Assembly: GCA_951406725.2 (NCBI GenBank)
Contig: OX597815.1
Location: 124,744,001-124,808,000, forward strand
Length of the DNA stretch: 64,000 nucleotides
From: Octopus vulgaris
Lineage: Eukaryota
Direction of reading: 5' to 3'
Both the position numbers and the translations under genes were made by a program. Under the pieces are notes generated by a model that did not search any database, had not been told where the DNA came from, and saw nothing but the letters and a program-made list of their open reading frames with translations. Positions 55,101-64,000 of the stretch are shown here, in pieces (positions within the stretch are counted from its first letter, which is position 1; every line of letters starts with the position of its first letter).

Positions 55101-56199
55101 GTAATTAGAACATGTTACTCTAATTTTGTTGTTGTTGTTTTACCACTACCAAATTAACTTTCATATGTTCTAATTAAATCAGAACTAATTGAATATTTCA
55201 AGCCGTATTTGTTATCTAATTAATCATTCCATCATTGAAAGCTGTCGAAACTTTCCACTTCTGCGCTACTCTCGCTGCCTACTCTGGCGAACTCCGAACT
55301 TTCTCTTAACTTAGAAGTCAGAATAAATTAAACAGTACACAAGCCCAGTGGTTCTCATACTAAAAAATACCAACCTAAGCCCCCACCCCTCAAAAGAAAT
55401 TAGGGTAATTATTGCAACAACACTCTTCTTTTATTAATGAAAATACAAAAATAAATACTGCACGCGTATAATTTTCTTCGTCATGGTATTGAAGAAAGTT
55501 GAAAAGTTTAAAACTGTGTTTTATCAAACATGATAATTAATTCTTCTCCGTTTTTAATTTTAAAGAATACCCCCAGAAGGAGCATCATCCCCAGCTCATG
55601 AGAAACTCTGTACCACTCAATCAGACATAAAAACTGATTTTGGTTAGAAATGCGTATACTCGAATGTTACACAAGGAACACTTCTCTTTCACTTACAATT
55701 TCAACTCTCAGACTAACCAGTTGACTAAACTGCTGGAAGCTGTTCTTTTGAGAAACTAGACGTAAAAGACAGTATTGTTGCTCTTTTTATTATTGATAAC
55801 ATTGTTGGTTTGTGTAAGACCGAAACTTAAATTCTTCCTTCTGATAAAATGCTCTGGCGTCTAAACCCCTTTTATGGAAGAGATTTAATTTTTTTAGAAT
55901 ATATTGTTCCATGAAGATAGCGAGTTGTTTAGTTTTCACCAATTTCACAGCTACTCAGATTCATCTGCTTGTACAATTATTGTTTCTGTTTAGCCTAGGG
56001 CTCCAGTCGTGTTCAACCCGTTTATAGCATATCAGAATCTACGTTGTCTACTGTTTCCTTTATTTAACACGGTACGATCTAATTTGAGTGATTTGAGTGT
56101 TGTTATTTCTAACAGGCCAAGCAACCTCGTATAGGATCCTTCATAGGCTCGTATTATTGTTATTAAAGATAAAGAATCGTTAGAGAGTCAGATACAAAG

Positions 56200-56515
56200 C
56201 CTCGCAAAATTCGATCCGACTGTGATCTGATTTTCAAATCCCATCGAGGTCAGTTTTGCATTTTATCCTTTCCGGCCAAGGTAACAGTCCAGTACTCAAC
56301 TCAGTCTTCCACCACTCCTTGTTGCTTCCTAGATTGTATTTTGTAAGTCAAAGGCCTGGCTTCTCCTATTCTGCCACATTAATTCCGTGTAAGAATAGCA
56401 TTAAAAAGTGCATGTGTCTGTGGAATACTCAGTCGTTATACGCTAATTTCATGAGTAAGAATGCAATAGATCGAACAATAGCATACACATCGTCGAGACC
56501 GACGGAGAATCCATC
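56200..56515 (+). mobile_element. Old SINE: family A-like core joined to family D tail
   Basis: 'tcaaatcccatcgaggtcagttttgcattttatcctttc' then 'tgtgtctgtggaatactcag..atcgtcgagaccgacggag'. Confidence 0.55.
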
Positions 56516-57124
56516 ATTAGTGGTACAATGATGACTACATTGCACTAAATTTAAAAGGTGGTTAGTGGAAACTCGGCCCTCGCATTCTGTAAAGGATAGG
56601 TTTGAATTTTGACCGCCTCTTGAGGATATGTGGTCAATTAAAAAGTCGCCGTCTTTGTCTTCGTTGTTGTTGTTGTTGTTGTTAACGTTGAGGTTTATAG
56701 GGGTGGTGCTAGTAGTTTTTATATTAGTATCAGTAGTAAAACAGATGTACGTGTACTCGTAGCCACTGTTTTAGTAAGAGGGAAGTAGGCGTAGTCTTCC
56801 TCTACCACCTCTTTTCATCTTATTCCTCCTCCTTCATATTATTATCACCACACATCATCGTCATCGTCATTATCATCGTCGTCATAAACATCATCATTAT
56901 CATCATCTTCACTGTCGTCGTCGTCGTTGTCATCCATCAATATTAATTTCGACCATCAACAACACCAATAGCAGTTTATCCCAGTTCAACCCTGATTGAA
57001 CGAATCGATTGTAAAAATCGTTTACATATTACATTTACAGATAAATTCTTCCATTTACATAATATCGAGGTCGCTTTCTTACTTTAGTTGCCTTACCGTT
57101 TCTATCTATCTATCTATCTATCTA

Positions 57125-57169
<45 letters not shown>

Positions 57170-57363
57170 ATAATTCTCTAAATGAGATATAGACAGTGAC
57201 TGCTCCATAACATAAGGGACATTAGCCAACTGAATATGGCTAGGGACAGGGCAGGGTGGTGGGGGTGTCACTGTTGCATTTAGCCCCAGGCGAACATCAA
57301 CGTCATCAGATAGGCCGACGCCATCACGGCGTCCTCTATCTTGCAAAGGGAGATCATTCCCCA

Positions 57364-57438
57364 AGAAGCGGATGCCACATACGGACCTAGGTTTCAAGGT
57401 GTATTGCCTATTATCAACGCATGGTAGGCACCGCTTCT
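57364..57438 (-). ncRNA. Type I hammerhead ribozyme, U3-A8 variant (left-arm copy)
   Basis: Reverse complement of 57524-57598. Confidence 0.75.
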
Positions 57439-57523
57439 CGACGAACAACTCACCGTGCAAGATATATATAAAGATTTTACTTGAAAATCTTTATATATAT
57501 CTTGCACGGTGAGTTGTTCGTCG

Positions 57524-57598
57524 AGAAGCGGTGCCTACCATGCGTTGATAATAGGCAATACACCTTGAAACCTAGGTCCGTATGTGGCATCCGCTTCT
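57524..57598 (+). ncRNA. Type I hammerhead ribozyme, U3-A8 variant (right-arm copy)
   Basis: agaagcgg-tgcc-tac-catgcg-TTGATAA-t-agg(caataca)cct-t-GAAA-cctagg-TC-cgtatg-t-ggca-t-ccgcttct; GUC triplet, palindromic stem III, ~18-bp interrupted stem I. Confidence 0.75.
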
Positions 57599-57751
57599 TG
57601 GGGAATGATCTCCCTTTGCAAGATAGAGGACACCGTGATGGCGTCGGCCTATCTAGTGACGTTGACGTTCGCCTGGGGCTAAATGCAACAGTGACACCCC
57701 CACCACCCTGCCCTGTCCCTAGCCATATTCAGTTGGCTAATGTCCCTTATG

Positions 57752-57808
<57 letters not shown>

Positions 57809-57831
57809 TGTATGTATGTATGTATGTATGA

Positions 57832-60400
57832 CCAAGTATTGGTATTTTAGATATTTGTCTGCACTTCTTTTCATTCTCAAAAGACTATTATTATGATGTT
57901 TTCAGTCCCTACATTCTTACTCTCTTTATTTCCATGTCTCTAAATTTCGGTTCCGTTGGATTTCATAAATCGATTATCATACATTTTTTCCTTATAATCT
58001 ATGAGATTATAGTGAGCAGAGGAATTGGTATCTCCTAAAATATTTACTCATTCCTTAACACCATCTGTGATATACTTGTGTCATCTGCGTTCCATAATGG
58101 TGTTCTAACATATGAAACTGTGTTCCAGTATATAAAATCGCCAACTTCCTCTTGTTTGTTTACATATGCTATTTTTTGTTTAAGACTTGAAACCAGAAAC
58201 AATGTAATTTATTATTTCTTCACAGCCTCTACATATTCTGAAGTTATTTTTATATTCCATTGTGTTTATAGTAATTTCTATAGGTGAACAGCTATAACAG
58301 CTGTTAACTCAGTCTCTATGCGTATGTACTGTGATCAAAATACCTTTTATCAATAGTATTAACGATTTTCTTTATCTACATTTACTTTTCCTGTTGTTTT
58401 CTATTCTTTGACATATAGGGCTCCTCTGTTAACGTCTTACTGTGAATTTTCATAGTTCTGTTTTAATTTAATTTGTAGTTAAAATAACAAATTCACGTGG
58501 TGCTATATTTACCTCCTTACACCGTCTGTTAACACAGAGTCTATTTTATCTTTCCAGATCCCTAAAGACATAAAATTACAATAGTAATATTATTCATGTT
58601 TGGATCTATTTATATTAGTTTCTCCCCTTTGATTCACTTGATATTCTTGTAGGCCAACATATTTTCGCGTTTACCACTTTCAGAAATCCCCACCCTATTG
58701 TGTTTGCGTCAAATATAATCCTTTCTGTGTCGGATGGTGATTTCTAAATGTAGTCAAAACTTTTCTCTTTTATCTTTGTCTTTTTTTAATTCAATCAACT
58801 TCCAGTTAAGGATATCATAACTACGAGTATGGCTTATTACTGAAACACCTGAGTATTGATATTTGTTATCTCGGTTTTGACAATTAGTTGCGTTTTAGCT
58901 ATTATTATTCTGTGTTTATAATAAACCTTTATTAATTCCTCAGGATTTATAAGTCTGAGTTTAATCAATTTGTACCTCTGTTTTTCTCCTATCTAACATG
59001 GTATCATATTAATGTTCCTTTACAATATGGTATTTTTCAGCAACGAATTTTATATCATAATATTTTCCATCATGTATAACTTTTGATTTATAGTCAATTG
59101 GCATTTGCAGAATACGACGTAAGGTAATTCATATACAAAATCCGATCGATTATCACCCATTATCACTTGCACCTGCATCGTGTCATATCTAGAACATTGC
59201 TTAAAGATGCTAGCACAAAACAGAAGAGAAATGGAGAAAGGGATTCATTTCGGAGCATTTCTCTTATGGAGATTGATCTTGCAGTCATGTCTTGTTTGAA
59301 TCTGTACATGTTCCTTGTTTTCATTTATTTATTTTTGGTGTATCTGTTATTTAGCTTTCTTCACTCGTTGCTACTATTTTCAGAATCCAATCATGAAGAA
59401 CATAATCAAAACTTCCCAGAAAAAATTCACACCATACTCTTTGTTACTGTCTTCAGTTAGGAATTTATTGATCACTACTGATATTTTTACGTTCTTCTGA
59501 GCCTTTACAGTATCCTCCCTGACCTTTTGTGTATTTACAATTTAATGTAATTTATGAAGACTTTAAATTATAGGTTAACATGTTGTAGGATTGTAGTTTT
59601 GGCGAACGTTATGTTTCTTTAATCCAGGGGCGTTAACCTAGAGCCATAACATTTACATTTTGTTCTGGCTCGTTCGACAAACTGTTTATCTTTACTAGTA
59701 CACTGTATATATCTTTCTAAATATTCTAGCCAGAAGTTTAGCATTTTGTCATTTTTTGCCTGCTTTCCATGGTTACTTTTTAAGTCGTTATTTCTTGCCA
59801 AGATTACTCTGTTGTTGCACTTTCTTTTGTTTTAACATTTTCGTCCTTGATGCTTATCTGCATTTCCTAATCCAGCAGCAATATTTTCACTCTTCTTGTT
59901 GCTGTCGGTCTGTTGGTTTCGATTTTATTTTTACCTAACTCTGTGTAAGATTGCTTGGAATTAGGAACGAAAGATTTTGTTTAGCCTTTGTCAGATTGGA
60001 TAACAAAGGATTCGGTGCTATTAACCAACGATTTCTTGTCTTCTATTCTTTAATTTCTTCTTTTTGTATATTTACTTTTATTTCTATAGTATTTATCTTT
60101 TTAATTTTTCCAATAGCATTTCCTTAATGGAGGGAGATCTTGTATTTTCATGTCTGTTTGTATCGCTGATTCTTATATGAGCAATTTTTTAGTGTGTAGT
60201 GAAGGTGAAACCCATGTTCTTTTTGGATTTCTTTGTTTTTTTCCTTTGTCTTTTGAATTCTTGTCGCTATTTTTTGTATTACATTTAATCCATTTTATCG
60301 TCAGCATTATTTCTATCTTTATATTATTGTGATATAATAAAATTCCAGCTTCGGATCTTTCTACCCTTAGCATTTTATATACCCAGTTGAGTTAAATATA
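57832..60400 (-). mobile_element. Old, long R4/Dong-clade LINE relic
   Basis: Minus-strand motifs in the expected order: DKMLNFWL, QNYNPTTC, SFDYVLHDWIL, NESLSPFLFCFVLASLS, ILYMNYL, HHPT..GLYL, CRGCEEIINYIVSG, LIDYKEK; 3' side abuts (CATA)n. Confidence 0.75.
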
Positions 60401-60499
60401 CGCGTTATTTCAGCAGCACTTTACTGAGTAGCGTATGCGGGTTGAGACGGTGAACTTTAAAGTCAATGGTTTACTAGAACTCTCAGCACAAAAGATGCT

Positions 60500-62880
60500 A
60501 TGCACTAATATATGTTATTCTGGGTAAAATGTATATCGTCTCTCGGCTGTTTCACGCCTTGAAAATTAGATTAAGGACTAGCATACAGTAAAAGTTTCCA
60601 GCAGATGACTTTGATATAAATAGAATATACACTCTCTTGTAATGTATTTATTTCATTTGTACTTACAAATTTTGTTCATCTTTGCACCACTTCTACAAAC
60701 ATGTGGTAGCCAACTTTATCAAATATAATCACTATACGGGTAGTCAAATGACTAAAATATCTGTCTTGATTATTCACTGTACACACTTTCTCAGTGTTAA
60801 TAGTGATCAATGTATAGAGTTATAGAAAATAGTGATACTGATTATGAATATTGTTACGAATCACCTGCCGTCGCTCAAACTCTTCGGAAAACCCGGGACC
60901 CTACCAAGTCGAGCGACGACGATCGACCGGCTCGATCGAACGGTGAATTCGCCACGGACTCAGAGAGAGAATTCGGTGGGGGGAGGGCGGCAGCGAACTC
61001 GGCAACCGGTGACCGGAGAGAACAAAAACAAACAACCGCAGGAAGAGATGCAGAGAGACACGGCGAAAGGCAATTTGGCTTACGTTTAACAACAGTAGTT
61101 TATAACAATTATTACATCAAATACATCAAAGAAAATACATGCAAGAAAGCAAGAAAACAACAAATCAAAGCATGTAGATACAATATACAGTTCAGATCAA
61201 CTTAAAACAAATAACGTTCACATTAACGATACAGTTCAAAGTTCAAATAATGTCTACATTAGAGTCTTTCTCTTTCTTTGCTTTCCGCAATTCTGTAACT
61301 CAGTTCTTTTCACAATCTCTTTTCCTTAATTCAGTACTTCTTTTTTCCTTCTTTAACTCATATCAAAACATAAATAAACATATACCGTTACACAACCGCC
61401 AGTGCCCTCATACCGTAGTCCCTCTCTCTTAGCTCCTTAATCCCATCTGTCTGTCTTCCTCTACGCTGTCGCTGCCTCTCGCCGTAATCCTATCTGCCTG
61501 TCTTCCTCTTTCACATTCACTGTCATTCTCTCGCTTGTCATCCCTCACATTGTCTGTCTGTCTTTCTCAACTGACGGCCTTCGTATCATTCCCGTCTCTG
61601 GCCAGAACTGCCGGCCGACTGTCTGACAGACTCACAGCTACTGCCTTTTAAAGGGGTGCTTCCTCGAACTTTCCTTGACCGGAACAGGGTCGAAGGTCTC
61701 CCAAAAAGTCATCACTCTCTCCAGAATCTGATGGAACAAAGGACAATAACTTCGTATTCCAGACTTTCAGACTACAACGAGCAAAGTAGGTCATAGCATT
61801 TGTTTCCCGAATTGACCTACTCATATCAATATCAATAATATGGTTGAAGGGAAATCCTGCTTTTAAAAACCAGGTCCACTCTGATCAACAGAAAAGGGGA
61901 GCAGTGTGAAAGGTTGTTAACAACATCTGAAATATGGAAGCGCTATAAATCTTACTTGAACATTTGAACATTTGAAGATGCAAAACTTATTTCCTACTGC
62001 TTTGATTTATATTTATACTCCGCCTGAGAGCTTTACACTTCCGTACGCTGTGGAGTGATCATGCCTCTGTGGAATGATGCCGATAATATGGAAATTTGGC
62101 CATAGGTCCATTAAATATAGTAATATATGTTGGCCAATGTTCAATGGAGTGCCATCGGATTTATTGAAACCTGATTGGCTGCTGGATAATCTATTCGTCA
62201 CAGCCTTCAACTCCTTTCAATATATCAAACAGAATTGAATGTAGAGTTTAGTGGGGCACTGATCTACTCGAGATTAATCTAAAGCTAAGTTGGTTATTGA
62301 TACATATCTGTTGTTTTAAGAAACTACGTTAGTGTCTCACAACTGCAATAGTGAAGAACTTCGAGATTATCGAGATTATCCAAGCAATTAGTAGACAAAA
62401 TCTTTCTCCTGGAGCTATATGGAATTGTAAAACAGCAAGGGGGATAATTTTCGGTACCATAGGCTATGTACACCGGAGTGGACCTGATTTTTAAAAGTAG
62501 CATATTTTTCTTCAATTATATTGGTGATTCTTATTATCAGCATCACTTCATTTCCGCTGTTTCTGTATACATTGAATGCAATTAGTGTTGCTGAAATGCA
62601 GACAGTAAAGAACCAAATAGCTTTTTAATCAATTGACCACCCATACAGTGATGATTTGTTTGATAAGGCTGACCTACCATATTTTTGTAGAAGTGGTGCA
62701 TAGACAAATAAACCGCAATTATAAGTGAAATACATATATTACACCAGTGTATATACACTATTTTTGTCAGCGTCATCTACTGGAAGGCTTTGCTATATGC
62801 TACTCCTTAATCAAATTTTCAAGGCGTGAAGCAGCTGGGAGATAATATACTTTACCCAGAATAACATATAATAAGTGCAT
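60500..62880. mobile_element. DNA transposon/foldback element with ~340-bp TIRs (60500-60845 / approx. 62530-62880)
   Basis: tatatgttattctgggtaaa..cacgccttgaaaatt / aattttcaaggcgtg..tttacccagaataacatata; tgcaccacttctacaaa / tttgtagaagtggtgca. Confidence 0.85.
60852..61922 (-). mobile_element. Solo-LTR-like insertion nested in the TIR element
   Basis: TG...CA ends (tgttaaca.. / ..ttcgtaaca on the minus strand), TATA-like TTTAAAAG followed by AG-rich R-like region; no clear TSD. Confidence 0.55.
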
Positions 62881-63599
62881 CACAAGTTTCTGTTGCCCAA
62901 AAGATTTGAGTTTTATCTATACAATCTACCGAAATATTCATCAGTTATCCAGCTGTGAACTATACACCTTTTGTACATTTCTACAGTTGATGAACTGGAT
63001 AATTAATAATTAACTAGTTTTGCCACAGATACAGGATATCACTTGTGGTGGGATGACTGCAATTCAACCATACGCAGGCGGTGTAAACATATTAACACTT
63101 TGAACTCTACTTCTTAACGATGATCATTTGAAATAGGCTCAACCATGAAGATTTAAATGTCTTCCCCACAAACACTGAATATAGTAATGATGGATATGTT
63201 TATTGTACCATATTTATTCTCTACAAAAATCTCCACGGCACCAAATTGCCACCAGCATATTACAGCAGCAACAACTAAAACAACAATTATCCCTACTGCG
63301 ACTGTCTTCCTAAAACTATTACCTTACCAGATAAAGCAGTTCGTATGATAGACAAAAAAAAAAAGAAGAAAGAATAAAAACACTACCGGATGCAGCCCTA
63401 CTGTTTTTCAGTGCAATGTGTGTATAGGAATGTATAGGTGCGTCATTACGTATAGCTGGACGTGTACCTGGGTATGATTCTTTAATCACTGCCGTAACCA
63501 TGAAATTAATGAAATCAATACAATTACCGTTAACTACCAATATTATTATTATCAAATTCATCATTACCTACGAAAAGAAAAACAAAACAAATTTATGTG

Positions 63600-64000
63600 G
63601 TCATTTGTCTGGCTAGAAATAGCAGCTACACCACTTGCAAATCACAGCCTAGTTAAGTCACGGCCGTCATTAGGAAGCGAGTATAACCTGATAGTATGCT
63701 TCTGATAATTGTTTTAGGGACCCTTGTAGTTGCGAGCTGACGCAGACAGTTCTCGGCCCTCCGAGCCATCACAAAGCAATCTGAAATGAAGTACCTTGCT
63801 CAAGGGCTCAAAACGTAGCCCGCTCCTGGAATTGAATATACGACTGTCATTCTAACAACTAGGCCACTGTTTTGTTTAAGGACAGAACGTTTAAGGACAG
63901 AACGTTTAAGGACAGCACGTACAAGCCTGTGTTGCCTTGCATGCCTCTAAAGAAAAACGAGATGGCTTTGATCATAGGTCTGCTCAATCAAAGTTGGTCT
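63600..64000. mobile_element. Family C SINE-like copy interrupted by a minus-strand tRNA-head SINE (approx. 63720-63870) and a 15-bp x3 tandem (63874-63918)
   Basis: ggctagaaatagcagc... and ...ctttgatcataggtctgctc flank 'gtaccttgctcaaggg..ggaattgaa..ctaacaactaggcca'. Confidence 0.55.

Larger units (their letters stand above)
57175..57755. mobile_element. 549-bp snap-back palindrome (arms 57207-57478 / 57484-57755) plus a short left tail, in (TA)n; probable PLE-derived
   Basis: 272-bp arms with about 4 mismatches and a 5-nt loop (acttg); twin hammerheads. Confidence 0.9.

Noticed and set aside
57270-57320. Second CTGATGA (minus strand) in the 57-kb palindrome arm
   Set aside because: No GAAA at the required position, and the mirror arm reads CTAGTGA
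57122-57831. Two ORFs encoding almost the same peptide (HGELFVEKRCLPCVDNRQ...) on opposite strands
   Set aside because: A consequence of the palindrome; no recognisable domain, and both run into microsatellite
59167-59460. + strand peptide FRSISLMEID resembling the L1 'RPISL' motif
   Set aside because: The minus strand of the same bases encodes collinear R4/Dong RT motifs (SLSPFLFC), so the + match is coincidental

Overview
AT-rich, microsatellite-saturated eukaryotic DNA. The SINE families and the density of (TA)n/(CATA)n/(TCTA)n tracts point to an octopus (coleoid cephalopod) genome; this is inferred, not searched. I find no intact protein-coding gene. Nearly all supplied ORFs are microsatellite read-throughs or decayed transposon fragments, and only a few weak candidate exons suggest this is intronic or intergenic DNA. 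The window is a layered transposon graveyard: several tRNA-derived SINE families (including a dimeric form and shuffled head/tail modules), two non-autonomous Helitrons, mariner/Tc1 relics, three R4/Dong-clade RLE-LINE relics abutting (CATA)n, an APE-type LINE relic, solo-LTR-like pieces and long-TIR foldback elements. The most striking signal is a set of about ten type I hammerhead-ribozyme motifs, from intact to decayed, apparently of Penelope-like-element (PLE) origin. Three unrelated snap-back palindromes (9.4-9.8, 49.2-49.5 and 57.2-57.8 kb) sit in (TA)n tracts, each carrying two outward-facing hammerhead or hammerhead-like motifs near the hairpin apex. The 57 kb pair has a compensatory U3-A8 core variant and an extended stem I. 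Everything was read by eye, so boundaries of degenerate repeats are approximate.
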